Shown here: positions 45,076 to 56,792 of the stretch, piece after piece
Layout: every line of letters starts with the position of its first letter
How positions within the stretch are numbered: position 1 is the stretch's first letter
Assembly: GCA_946965045.2 (NCBI GenBank)
Contig: OX337235.1
Span: 3,286,001 to 3,350,000 of the forward strand
DNA: 64,000 nucleotides
Direction: 5' to 3'
Origin: Epithemia pelagica
Taxonomy: Eukaryota; Protista; Bacillariophyta
Notes under the pieces: model-generated
The model's database searches: none
What the model was told of the DNA's origin: nothing
What the model saw: only the letters and a program-made list of their open reading frames with translations
Translations under genes and position numbers: made by a program

Positions 45076-46719
45076 TTATTGTCCCAGAAGCCGGGCCTTG
45101 ATTCTGGGAACATACGGGTCCATGAGGGGCCAAAGCGTAGATCCTTTCCAATCTGAAACATAATTCTCCAAATCCGCCGAATTTCGATAATGGACCAAAA
45201 GACCTTGAGTGGTCGTATTGACCATGAAAACGCGAGGTTTTGTCCAATTCACGGTGAGGCGGGGATAGTGCACCACGTAGTGCAGAATCCGATCTGCTTT
45301 CATAATCAGTTTGTTGTCTGAATGGTGCTTTCCCGTAAAGCATCGTCGGGCCTCCATGAGAAGGATCGTTGGGTCGTACGTTGTGTTGGTTCCATTGCAC
45401 ATGGTGAAAACATGAGGACGAAAGTGCACAGCGTCCAATTCTTCCTCTTGAGGCGATTCCTCGAATACCTTATCTAGAAAGGCAACCAAATTCTTTTTAG
45501 TTGGTGAATGCACTGGAGCGGGCTCGCTGGAAGCAGTATTCGACAATGACACCATGGAAGAAGGGGGCGGAGGTACCGAACCCCCCTCGTCTCCGAGATA
45601 GATAAACTCGTCCACATCCCAGTCTCCAAAGTAGCGCGTATACGGACCGTAACGATGCAGAGCACTCAATTCGGCAGCAAATTGTCCTCGTGCCACGGGC
45701 CATCCCTCCGGGTTGAGGCAATAGGGATGAGGAAACCACACATATGTCACAATACCCCGACGAATATAGGGCAAGAGGAGCCTTCGTAACCGGCCAACAA
45801 CATGTTCCTCTTCATTGTCGTAGACAATAAAGTGTTGGACACCAATCTCCAAGTGATATTCCATCCATTCCAACAAGTAGCGACCATGATCTTGAAAGAC
45901 TCCATGTGTGTTATTTCTACCACTGATGTAGTTGCGTACAAAATTAGGGGTCAGAAGTCGGATAACCACCAACATGGTCATGTCATACTTTTTGTTTTGT
46001 GCATGCCCAAGAGCCAGATGGGTGGGAGTATCAGGCTGGTACCAAAGATTGGAGCAAACTGGAATATCCTTGATACTATCCCTTCCTTCCACTAATGCTG
46101 TACTTGCGACCTCGGGCTTTCTGGGAGGATCATTTTCTTCGACTTGAAGTTCATCATGAATGGCATAGAGTGAAACTGTCAAATCTGTTGATTGTGATCC
46201 CACAGTGGTCACATTCTTGCGCAATTCCATTGGGATGGTGCATCGAAAGGAAAAGGAGGGAGTCCAGTCATCGCCGTTGGGATGTGCGTAGTCACTCCAA
46301 ACTTTGTGATTACCTGGTTGAAACTCGCATAAGAATCGGACTCGATTCTTGGGTGAATAAAAGAACTTTTGATTGTATGATGCATAGCCTGGTTCGCAGC
46401 CACTGCTGGCCAGGGCGACAAAGACCACATGCGTTTGCGTGGCATCTTGAAAGACATCTGACAAGTAGGGCAGTCCGGAATCATTTTGAGGTAGCGGAAA
46501 AGATTGAAAGTTACATTGTCGTAGACGCTGTTGAAGAGGAGGACTATTCTCACTGCTTTTACTGATTGCATGGCGGTTGGCGACCTCAGCTTCAAGCTCT
46601 GCTGCACATTGGTAAAAAAGGCCCAGAAATCCCGTGAGCATAACTTGGGCTATCACAAGTATCGTGACGACAGACGAGAGTAAGATTTTCCTCTGATTTC
46701 CTGCTGTCCAGCTCCTCAT
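45076..46719 (-). CDS. GT92/DUF23-like type II membrane glycosyltransferase (547 aa from the Met at 46719)
   Basis: N-terminal TM ILLSSVVTILVIAQVMLTGFLGLFY; LLEWMEYHLEIGVQHFIVYDN; DxD motif DWDVDEFIY. Confidence 0.8.
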   Translation of the reverse strand: MRSWTAGNQRKILLSSVVTILVIAQVMLTGFLGLFYQCAAELEAEVANRHAISKSSENSPPLQQRLRQCNFQSFPLPQNDSGLPYLSDVFQDATQTHVVFVALASSGCEPGYASYNQKFFYSPKNRVRFLCEFQPGNHKVWSDYAHPNGDDWTPSFSFRCTIPMELRKNVTTVGSQSTDLTVSLYAIHDELQVEENDPPRKPEVASTALVEGRDSIKDIPVCSNLWYQPDTPTHLALGHAQNKKYDMTMLVVIRLLTPNFVRNYISGRNNTHGVFQDHGRYLLEWMEYHLEIGVQHFIVYDNEEEHVVGRLRRLLLPYIRRGIVTYVWFPHPYCLNPEGWPVARGQFAAELSALHRYGPYTRYFGDWDVDEFIYLGDEGGSVPPPPSSMVSLSNTASSEPAPVHSPTKKNLVAFLDKVFEESPQEEELDAVHFRPHVFTMCNGTNTTYDPTILLMEARRCFTGKHHSDNKLIMKADRILHYVVHYPRLTVNWTKPRVFMVNTTTQGLLVHYRNSADLENYVSDWKGSTLWPLMDPYVPRIKARLLGQ

Positions 46720-46763
46720 TGTTTCAATCGTCTTTATGACAATGTACAAATACCTCGACCGTC

Positions 46764-47076
46764 TAGCAGAGTGCACTAGATGTTGAGAGGCAGAATTGTG
46801 ATGTATCAGGAGAGAGGTGAGGGTAATTGGCTCATGATGAAACGATATTCCTACCCAGGTTCGGTTGCTCGGATGGATCTTGGTTCGACACGAATAAGCC
46901 CTATATGGAAGCACATGCTTCCGCGTAGCAGAGTGCACTACCTATAGATGTTGAGAGGCAGAATTGGTGAGATGAATCAGGAGAGAGGTGAGGGGAACTG
47001 GCTCATGATGAAACGATATTCGTACCCAGGTTCGGTTGGTGCTCGGTTCGACATGAATGGAAGCACATGCTTCCGC
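46764..47076. repeat. Diverged ~160-bp tandem duplication upstream of the GT92 gene
   Basis: TAGCAGAGTGCACTA...GGAAGCACATGCTTCCGC at 46764 and 46926, with indels. Confidence 0.85.
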
Positions 47077-47120
47077 ATAGTATTAATACTTCCCGGTGTC
47101 GAGTCCTTTCAAGGAGGGAC

Positions 47121-47223
47121 CGCCCGGCGCGGAGGGTAGAATGACGAGGAGGGCAATGGTCGAGGAGGGCGCACGCCCGACAAGACAATTGCCCGTCGAG
47201 TCATTCTCCCGACAAGCCGGGCG
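47121..47223. other. GC-rich segmented inverted repeat / long hairpin
   Basis: 47121-47128 pairs with 47216-47223, 47134-47145 with 47200-47210, and 47151-47157 with 47188-47194. Confidence 0.75.
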
Positions 47224-47523
47224 CGCCCGACGCGAGAGGACGGCCAGACAAAGGGAAGTAGTAAACTTACTCCCTATCAAGCTGTGTTGGTAGTGAGAAA
47301 TTCCTAGAAGCCATGTCACAAAGTGTCACACAAGTGTCTCACAAGTGTCACACACGAAAGGGAAACCGTGCGACTCGCACGAAACTACTTCCCGGTCGTA
47401 CAAAAAATTCCTACTGTAGTATAAAAATGTGAGACGAACTACCTACACAGTCTGGTATGGAGTTAGGGCTCGTGCTTCCGCATAGAGCTATCGACTAAGC
47501 TCCTCCCACCAATGCGAGAAAAT

Positions 47524-50117
47524 ACATTAGTTCGGTTTTGTTGGCCAAGTCGCGGTAAAATCGCACCTTCTGATGGCCATTTGACCGACAATTTTGCGAT
47601 GACTAGAAATAGTTGACCTGGGTAGCCCCGTGATAATTGGCAATGATCCGTGTCTTGAAAGTTATGTTGGCCGAATGGCCATCAGAATTTATGGTAGGTT
47701 GGATACGTACAGACCAGATACCGCAATGGAATCATGGTAGTCAGGAGTAGCTACGACAGATCATACAAAGATTCTCTAGGAGTACCTACTTGAGTGTAGC
47801 AATTAGCAATAGAAGTGGATACGACCATGAATAATAGGGATCTCTCTTCGGATTAATACTATAGTGTGTACAACAAAAAAAGGACAAAGGATGAGGAGCA
47901 GAGCTTCCATCATGTATGGAGTTGGAGTCGAGGATGCCAGCGAAAAAGGGACATCCGGCGAGCCCAATGATACCTTTTCAGCACCACCCATGCACAAGTG
48001 CAAGAACAACCATCCATGGAGTTGGTGCAGGTGAGTGTCCAATAATACAATGGTGGAGTCCAATTTAAAACTGATCTACGGGTAGCCCGACTATATGCTT
48101 CCAAGTTGGTGTAAACTAGCCATGTTGATTGATCAATATTTCTCCACTACCAAGCAACGGAAATAGCAATACATGAACAAGACTTATACTTTAGCTATAC
48201 ATGACACTGGGAGTAGGCAGAGAAGGTTTACTCCTCTCATGCTTTCAGCTACCACGAACACTCTTGTTTCCCGTCTGGTTCAAGGATCTCCCGGAACTCA
48301 AATAATTTCGATTGCCGCCACTGAATGGCAAAGTGGGTGGCAAAATTGATGGATATGCTTCTACCTAGTGTTTTGGAGACTAAAATAGTTGTTCATGCAA
48401 AAAACACATAAGGGCCATCCCGCGATTCCACCACTGGGACATGGGTCACCAGAAGGTGAACAGTAGCTACTGTAGACATTTTGGTTCGAAAATACAGAAC
48501 CCAGAGTGGTGTAAGGGCCGTGATCCACAGAAGACCTTCCAATGCATCCACAACCTTTGCCATGTTGATTTTATAGCCAACATCGGTAAAGATACGCAAA
48601 CCAAGCCCAAAAGCCACAGGAGCTTTGCTTCACTCAAAAACTTGAAATCTCCATTGTGACGACGGGTAGTTTCCACCCAACTAAGCCATAGTCTCCCTAT
48701 TTCAGAAATCCTCATGAGTAAGATTCCAAATTCGATGACCTACATACGTGTCCGGTACATTTCCCTACATACGTATATCTACGTAGACTAGTACTGGATG
48801 GTCAGAGCGGCCATCAACAAGACACATTAGTTCGGTTTTGTTGGCCAAGTCGCGGTAAAATCGCACCTTCTGATGGCCATTTGACCGACAATTTTGCGAT
48901 GACTAGAAATAGTTGACCTGGGTAGCCCCGTGATAATTGGCAATGATCCGTGTCTTGAAAGTTATGTTGGCCGAATGGCCATCAGAATTTATGGTAGGTT
49001 GGATACGTACAGACCAGATACCGCAATGGAATCATGGTAGTCAGGAGTAGCTACGACAGATCATACAAAGATTCTCTAGGAGTACCTACTTGAGTGTAGC
49101 AATTAGCAATAGAAGTGGATACGACCATGAATAATAGGGATCTCTCTTCGGATTAATACTATAGTGTGTACAACAAAAAAAGGACAAAGGATGAGGAGCA
49201 GAGCTTCCATCATGTATGGAGTTGGAGTCGAGGATGCCAGCGAAAAAGGGACATCCGGCGAGCCCAATGATACCTTTTCAGCACCACCCATGCACAAGTG
49301 CAAGAACAACCATCCATGGAGTTGGTGCAGGTGAGTGTCCAATAATACAATGGTGGAGTCCAATTTAAAACTGATCTACGGGTAGCCCGACTATATGCTT
49401 CCAAGTTGGTGTAAACTAGCCATGTTGATTGATCAATATTTCTCCACTACCAAGCAAAGGAAATAGCAATACATGAACAAGACTTATACTTTAGCTATAC
49501 ATGACACTGGGAGTAGGCAGAGAAGGTTTACTCCTCTCATGCTTTCAGCTACCACGAACACTCTTGTTTCCCGTCTGGTTCAAGGATCTCCCGGAACTCA
49601 AATAATTTCGATTGCCGCCACTGAATGGCAAAGTGGGTGGCAAAATTGATGGATATGCTTCTACCTAGTGTTTTGGAGACTAAAATAGTTGTTCATGCAA
49701 AAAACACATAAGGGCCATCCCGCGATTCCACCACTGGGACATGGGTCACCAGAAGGTGAACAGTAGCTACTGTAGACATTTTGGTTCGAAAATACAGAAC
49801 CCAGAGTGGTGTAAGGGCCGTGATCCACAGAAGACCTTCCAATGCATCCACAACCTTTGCCATGTTGATTTTATAGCCAACATCGGTAAAGATACGCAAA
49901 CCAAGCCCAAAAGCCACAGGAGCTTTGCTTCACTCAAAAACTTGAAATCTCCATTGTGACGACGGGTAGTTTCCACCCAACTAAGCCATAGTCTCCCTAT
50001 TTCAGAAATCCTCATGAGTAAGATTCCAAATTCGATGACCTACATACGTGTCCGGTACATTTCCCTACATACGTATATCTACGTAGACTAGTACTGGATG
50101 GTCAGAGCGGCCATCAA
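47524..50117. repeat. Near-identical 1,294-bp tandem duplication (period 1,300)
   Basis: 47524-48817 vs 48824-50117, spacer CAAGAC; one substitution noticed (C48158 vs A49458). Confidence 0.97.
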
Positions 50118-50657
50118 TTCTTCTACAAGACACATCACTATCTTCCACCGACCGGGATTCTATGTGGGTGCACCTGGCGCGGACAAAGTGCACATGCTCT
50201 ACCGACGAGATCACAAAACCCAAAACTCTTCTATCCGTACTTTTGATTTTCAATCGCTTCTTCTATTCGTACCAAAAGAAAGATTATCCGAGAGTCGCCA
50301 GGTAAGCAACGCATCCTCCCGGAAAGGCTATTTTCTCAGGATAGATGAGTCAGAATTTGAAATCAATAGGCCGACTATACCTCTCAGTCCAAGGCACTCT
50401 CTATGGCTAGCACAAGGACTTGCTCCACCGGACTGCCTGCTTTTATCTCGATTGTTCTCGTCATTTCATTCCATTTGTCAAGAGCGAGAAATCCCCTATT
50501 GCGCGCATCTTCTGGAGAGCGAAGAGGTTAGACTGTTGACGGTGCTATTTGCGCCGAGCGTCACGGATGATCATTCCTTTCAAAGATACAGTGAGCTCAA
50601 GAATCATTTTCTTGGGCCTGTCGTGTTTTTGTTGTTTTTGTGGAAGTAGAGAATGTA

Positions 50658-52591
50658 CTATTGTTCTTCTTGCTGGTGCTGCAGGAGGAGCTGCTGTTTC
50701 TTGTCCTTGTCTTGCTGCAAGAGGTCTTCGGCCCATTGGGGAATGGGCAATCCAAGCAGCACATAATCAATGCACATGTATTCCAAAACCTTTTGCACTG
50801 TATGGGCATTGTAATAGCGTGTCACTCGTGCCGTGGGTCTTGCACTAGTACGTGTCGGCATTGTCTTGGTTGTGTCAGGGTCGTGGTGACTGTCGTCCAT
50901 CACCTTTTGTTCCTTGTCCATCCATGCAGTTGTAGATGCCGTTGTTGTTGTATCGGAAAGATTAAAGAGGCGATTCATTAATTCTACAAAGTGTCGAGTG
51001 TTGGTAGAAGAATGACGATCCACAACAATTTGTTTCAATTGATGCAAATCGTCCGTCCCCAGCATACCTAAGAAACGCAAGCAAAAAGTGTTAGTCATAA
51101 GGAATTCCCATCGCTATGCATTGATTTGAGCTCTCGTCCATCATGATACGTACCCACAAAGTCATAGTCGGTCCACAAGTTGCGAAACAAGCCTTGACAA
51201 TACAGCGCTTGGGGATAGAAATGAACATTCCAAGACATGGGAAAGACATCCACGTAGAATTGAAACCACATTGCATGTTTTGCATTGTTGAAATCCAAAT
51301 CGCCCGTAATGGCGCGATGATGTTGATTGTATTGTTTCACATTGGGTGGTTGCAATGGTTCGCTCTTCTGTTTTGTCTTTGTTTTGGTTGTCCTTGTTTT
51401 ATTCATCAAGGGCGGCGGCAAGAGGTTGGTTCGTCCACTGGCGTGATGTTCATACCATTGGACTTGATCCGTGGAAGCTCCAAACAGGAGATTGGGTTGA
51501 CAATGATGTGCTTGGAAGCGTGTGGCACCGGTACACTTGTCGACAAAGGCCGACAAGAACCGTTCCAAGGGATCGCGCAACAAGACGGCACGAGTGACAC
51601 GACGACGAGTGGCTTTGGTGGTGGAGGACGACAAGGACAAGTAACACTGTTTGGTGCGTCGAGTCGTATTCGTATTTGTCGTGGTACCGTTGGTTGGTTG
51701 AAAATAGTCTGGATCGTTGAGTTCACATTGCAAGCGTCTCCATCGACTGCTGGATACTTTTTCAATGGCACAAAAACGAAGCAACTGGTCGGACTGATTC
51801 TGATTGTCTTTGGCCACGTCATGGTTCTCATTGGAATTGGACAAGCGAATCCACAAGTCATGAAAGCCAGCATGCAAATCGGAATAGGGAGACGCATCGC
51901 GCATCAAGGTTTGAAACCACCAAGGCCACACTGCCCGAGTGGTGGAAGTACCCCGTTCGCGCAAGTGACGCAAACACTCTTCGTATTCGAAACGGTCTGT
52001 ATCCTCGTCCTTGTTGTTGTTGTCGTTGCTGGTGGAGGCATTGGTAGTTCTACTGGGTTGGGACAATGGTTCATGATTGGCCGCTTGTGGTGGTTGTTCC
52101 AGACAGGTTTGTAAATGACGATAGGTTTCTTCAAAGGCCGTGGTGACAATCTGCCAGGCCAAGGGTGTCGTTGTGCGGTGAATTCGATGCCACTCCGCAG
52201 CTTGTCGTCGTCGTTCGGTCGAGGCACCAGGTAAAGTGTCATCGGACTTTGTGGTACTGTTGGGTGAGGAGGATGCGGATCGTGTGGTTGCCGGTCGAAT
52301 ATTCATCCAGGAGCTCTTGTGGTTTGGTTTCGTTTCGTCCTGGATCATTCCAGGAGTATTGGTAATGAACTCCCTACGACGACTCGTATACGAATCGACG
52401 AGAGGATGGGGTTGTCGCACCAGCATCCAATGTTGAATCACCAAGAGTCCCAAGGAGCATCCCAGGGCCATTGCCAATCCCCATACTAGTATTGTTGGAG
52501 AAGATGGTGACGACGGCACTCGTTTCGGTCGTGGTACAGCAGGGGACTGTCTTGCGGTGTGGTGGTAGAAATTGTGGTAACTGGACGACAT
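50658..52591 (-). CDS. Carbohydrate sulfotransferase-like (Sulfotransfer_2) type II membrane protein; exons 52591-51154 and 51067-50658 (615 aa)
   Basis: TM ILVWGLAMALGCSLGLLVI; FCAIEKVSSSRW (5'-PSB-like), LRDPLERFLSAFVDKC (3'-PB), HFYPQALYC and YDFVG; intron GTACGT...TTAG 51153-51068 joins the two ORFs in frame. Confidence 0.82.
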
Positions 52592-53180
52592 TTGCTTGCT
52601 GGTTGGTTTGTTTGTGGCGCAGTAATCGAACGACAAGACGAAACAAAAGAGAAGAGGTGTCCCCCTCGATGAAAAGGTGCTCCAGAAGAAATAATGCGCG
52701 CCAGAGATTTTAATGGTCCCCCGGCGCTTCGTCCAAGACCAAGCGTGCCCAACAAGGTCACATAACAGAGGTGTGACGTCGCCGATCCGCGAGCGCGAGC
52801 GGGTGGAGACCAGGTAATGGCATCCCTGCGAGAGATTTATTGTTGATGGCCCATCACCCACCAACCATGTCATGCAGGAATCTCCAACAACAAAAAATGG
52901 AATTGCAACACTCTTGGTGTTACTCAATTCCTTTGTGTTTGCAGATCGTCGCCTTTGCTTTTATATACCCGCAATAGACAACTACGAATTATTGGATAAC
53001 GTTGTGGACAAGAGGACTCGTCTCGAAATCGGATTCTGTTCCCTTTCCGTCGCATTCTTGCAAGTGAGGAATCATATACTTTTGTGATCACCACGAGAAT
53101 CTCTGTATCAGAAAGCGTACAACCAAAGCATCGGTTTCATTCCTCCCCACAAAGAAGAAGAAGACGAACCCTTTTCTATC

Positions 53181-56100
53181 ATGGACCACGAGTCAGTGGG
53201 TCGGTCCCAACAAGATTCATCCGCGGAAGAACAGACACCGTTGTTGTCCTTGTCATCCTCCGTTCCCGGTCGTTCCAATCCTTCCTTGTTACAAAGGAAC
53301 AACGACAGTTCTTGGAATGGAACTCAGCTGATTCCTCCCCTCCACCATGCAACTACAAATCCTTCCGGTCTAGAGGGCACAACAACAACAACAACAGTTG
53401 GTGATGCGAATACGCTGGTACCCTTGGAAGGCTACCTTTATCATTCGTGGAGAGAAGCAATTCACACAAACACGAAGGAACCTTACAACAACAAGAGTCT
53501 TGTGCAAGACGAGGACGATTTAGAGCCTGGCGGCGGTCGTCGTCGTCGACCACGTCTCCGTCCTCGTTCTCCCTCCACCCAGCAGTCCTTCGTCTCGTTT
53601 TGCTGGTCGAGTAGTTGTTCCTGGTGCTGGTCGCATTCGCAACAAGCCAGTCGTGTCTTGATTTATGCTGCCATCAATCTGTTGCTGGCCGTACCCGGCT
53701 TGTATGGGTATGCGGCGGTCATTTTCAATCATGCCGTCTTTCGTCCCTACACCAATGCCTTGGCCAAATTGGTCTTGTGGTCCAGTTTGGTCCATCAAGC
53801 TGGATTCCTCTGCTGTTCCAGTTTGAGTGGCTTTGCCATTGGAACGGTCCAAGATGCCGGATTGGTCTTTTTGTCCCGCATGAGTCATGACATTGCCACG
53901 CAAATGACGCTCCGGTACCAACGCGATGACTCCTACTTTGTCCATGCGCTGGAACCACAAAGTCTCTCGACGAACGACACGAATGATAGCAGCAGCAGTA
54001 GCGTCATACTGGATCAAGCCATTGTTTCGACCACCGTGGTTCTCTTGTCCTTGAGTACGGCCTTGTTGGGTGTTTGTTTGGTCTTGATGGGACATTTTCG
54101 ACTCGCCCATGGCATTGTTTCCTACTTGCCCATGCCCGTGGTGGGAGGCTATCTGGCCTTTATTGGATACTTTTGTGTTCAGGCCGGTGTCGCCCTGGCC
54201 ATTTCCACCCCGCTGGTCACCTTGCGCGATTGGGTGACGCAAGTCTTGTTCCGGACCGATCATTTGCTACTGGCACTGCCCGCTTGTGTCGCAGGATTGG
54301 TCTTGACCTGGGTGGCCCGAACAGGACATGCCACGGGGCAGGCCAGTCTCTTGCCGGCCTGCATGGTTGCCATTCCCGCCCTCTTTTATGTCATTGTCTT
54401 TGTTCATTATCGTTGGACGACTCACGACACGGACAAGGAGTCTTCTTCCTTTTTGGATACGGCCCGCACTCATGGTTGGGTCGGACCCGTGGCACCTCCC
54501 ACACCCGTGTCCGATTTGGTCCAATTGATTCATTGGCAATGGATTGATTGGTCCATGATTTCGCACATTGGTGGAACCTGGGTGGGTATGGTCTTGGTCG
54601 TCTCCTTTGCCTCGTGTCTCGATGTAGCGGCCATTGCCATGGATATGGGACGTCCGCTCGATACCAATCGCGAATTGCGGACCGTTGGAATTTGCAATGG
54701 TACGTACAAAAGTGGCGACAGTCCCGAAACGAGTACCACAAAACAAGAGCGATTTCCAAACTTACACCATGAATTATTTCTCCTTGCCGTGCGTCCCATT
54801 TCTGCGTTTGAAAACCGAACCATTACAGTCATGTCCGGTCTGACGGTTGGCTTTACCGGATCGTACATTTTTTCCCAAACCATTTTCACCTACCGGACCG
54901 GTGTTCATACCCGGTGGATTGGTATTTGTATCATGGCCCTGTACCTCTTTTTTGTCCTCTCTCCCCTGAATTTGTTGGAATGGTCACCCCTCTTTTTCTT
55001 GGGCAGTACCTTGATTTTTATCGGCTACGATCTCTTGTACGAATGGTTGATTGAAATTCGAGACCGCATCTTGTGGTTTGAGTACGCGCTCATTTGGGGC
55101 ACCTTTGTGGCCATTCAAATCGTGGGGGTTGATGTCGGAATTTTGGTAGGTGTCGTGTCGGCCATGGTGGAACAGGCCTTGTCCACGGCGCAAACCACCA
55201 CGGTCCTGTGTGTCCCCAAACGATCCAAGGCGGTCTGGAGTCGCGAGGAAATGCAACTCTTGCATCGACATGTCTATCAACAAAATGACAGTACACGTCC
55301 CATTGTCACGTTGGAATTGATGGGACCAGTCTTTTTTGGCTCCGCCCTTTATCTCATGGAACGACTCTTGCACGAAGTGGGCCTTTCGACGACCCTCGAC
55401 CATGGCAACAACCACAACAACACCAAGGAAAGGATACAGAGCAACGGAAATGACACAAGGACGGACAATGGGCCATTCAAGGGATCCCCCGCCATTCCCA
55501 ATAGTCCGCGGACGTCGCCGTACTTTGTGGCGCTCAACAAACGACCGTCCTTGTTTCATCAAGACGTTGCGTCGACCGTCTCCCACGGCCCCAACCATCA
55601 CACGACCACTAGTGGCGGCTCTATTCCCCGGCGCAGTCCTCCCAAATATTGCGTCTTGGATTTGACGCAAGTGTCCAACATGGATGCCTCGTCGGCTCGT
55701 TCGTGCTTTGTTCAGTTTGCCAAATTGTGCAGTCAAGAGGGTATTACGGTCTGTGCCTCGGGTGCTACACCCCGCATTGCCTGGATGCTACGGACACATC
55801 AAGCCGCGTATCCACTCCAAGAGGAAGAAGAACGAATCAAGGCGACCTTGTGGCACGTGACAAAAACATGCTCGACCACCACCTCCTCCAAATCCTTGCA
55901 ATCCCCGACGTTCCAACACCCCAAAGTGGACAAGATTCTCCTATTTCATACCACCCATGAAGCCTTGGAGTTTTGTGAAGCAAGTTTGATTCATGAATTT
56001 CAAAGTCAATCCACGTCGTTGTCCCATACTAGTTCATCCGTCATGTCGGCGTCCCTAGGTTCGGCCAACAAGGACACGACACTCTCTTCCATTTTGGGAC

Positions 56101-56792
56101 GATTTCTCTTGGCCGGTTCCATTGCCACGGGCTACTCCCCCGAGGAGCTGCACATTATTTTACAACGACTCGACAGTCAACGATATCATTCGGATTTGGA
56201 GTACCAGGCGGGCGAGAAAATCATGGCCCAAGATACCCGACCGGAATCCTTTTATGTCGTGCTGGAAGGAGCAGTGGCCAGTGGTGCCGCCACGCCCGAA
56301 TCCGTTCAACGACATCGACAACCCATTGTGTCGGGAGCCGGGCCCGTGCACTTTACGCAAAGTTCGAGTTTTACCAATTTGCTGGATGCGCTACCACTGG
56401 CATTTGGAGGACGGGGACAGGACGTGGCGGAATTCACAGCGACGACGACGACGACTGCAACCCCGACCGGAATACCGCCACCACGCCAACCATTTCATCC
56501 CCATGCAGGCAGCTCAGGTGGTGGTAGTAGTGGCGGTGCGTACCATCCTCCAGTCGTGGTGGGTACTGTTTGGCCCCTAGGAGGTGTCTTTGGATTTACC
56601 GATTTGTGGTTGGATCGACCTCGTACCTTTGGAGCCTTTGCCACGCAAGATCCGACCAGAGTCGCACGCATTACAAGATCGCACATGAATCTACTCCAAC
56701 AAGAAGATGCTCAACTGTTTGGCTTGCTCCATCAAGTGTTGTTGCGCGCGAGTATCTTGGATTTGGCCAATTGCACCTGCCATGGAGTGTAG
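53181..56792 (+). CDS. SulP/SLC26-family transporter with STAS and cyclic-nucleotide-binding-like domains; probable 129-bp intron 54700-54828 (1160 aa spliced)
   Basis: GTVQDAG, PMPVVGGYLA, DTNRELRTVGICN|VMSG and GSYIFSQT motifs; STAS LELMGPVFFGS and CVLDLTQVSNMDASS; C-terminal ESFYVVLEG..GGVFGFTD. Confidence 0.88.
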   Translation: MDHESVGRSQQDSSAEEQTPLLSLSSSVPGRSNPSLLQRNNDSSWNGTQLIPPLHHATTNPSGLEGTTTTTTVGDANTLVPLEGYLYHSWREAIHTNTKEPYNNKSLVQDEDDLEPGGGRRRRPRLRPRSPSTQQSFVSFCWSSSCSWCWSHSQQASRVLIYAAINLLLAVPGLYGYAAVIFNHAVFRPYTNALAKLVLWSSLVHQAGFLCCSSLSGFAIGTVQDAGLVFLSRMSHDIATQMTLRYQRDDSYFVHALEPQSLSTNDTNDSSSSSVILDQAIVSTTVVLLSLSTALLGVCLVLMGHFRLAHGIVSYLPMPVVGGYLAFIGYFCVQAGVALAISTPLVTLRDWVTQVLFRTDHLLLALPACVAGLVLTWVARTGHATGQASLLPACMVAIPALFYVIVFVHYRWTTHDTDKESSSFLDTARTHGWVGPVAPPTPVSDLVQLIHWQWIDWSMISHIGGTWVGMVLVVSFASCLDVAAIAMDMGRPLDTNRELRTVGICNGTYKSGDSPETSTTKQERFPNLHHELFLLAVRPISAFENRTITVMSGLTVGFTGSYIFSQTIFTYRTGVHTRWIGICIMALYLFFVLSPLNLLEWSPLFFLGSTLIFIGYDLLYEWLIEIRDRILWFEYALIWGTFVAIQIVGVDVGILVGVVSAMVEQALSTAQTTTVLCVPKRSKAVWSREEMQLLHRHVYQQNDSTRPIVTLELMGPVFFGSALYLMERLLHEVGLSTTLDHGNNHNNTKERIQSNGNDTRTDNGPFKGSPAIPNSPRTSPYFVALNKRPSLFHQDVASTVSHGPNHHTTTSGGSIPRRSPPKYCVLDLTQVSNMDASSARSCFVQFAKLCSQEGITVCASGATPRIAWMLRTHQAAYPLQEEEERIKATLWHVTKTCSTTTSSKSLQSPTFQHPKVDKILLFHTTHEALEFCEASLIHEFQSQSTSLSHTSSSVMSASLGSANKDTTLSSILGRFLLAGSIATGYSPEELHIILQRLDSQRYHSDLEYQAGEKIMAQDTRPESFYVVLEGAVASGAATPESVQRHRQPIVSGAGPVHFTQSSSFTNLLDALPLAFGGRGQDVAEFTATTTTTATPTGIPPPRQPFHPHAGSSGGGSSGGAYHPPVVVGTVWPLGGVFGFTDLWLDRPRTFGAFATQDPTRVARITRSHMNLLQQEDAQLFGLLHQVLLRASILDLANCTCHGV

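Noticed and set aside
54700-54828. 43-aa hydrophilic insertion in the SulP membrane domain
   Set aside because: Better explained as an in-frame GT-AG intron (GTACGT...TACAG) that restores ICN-VMSG.
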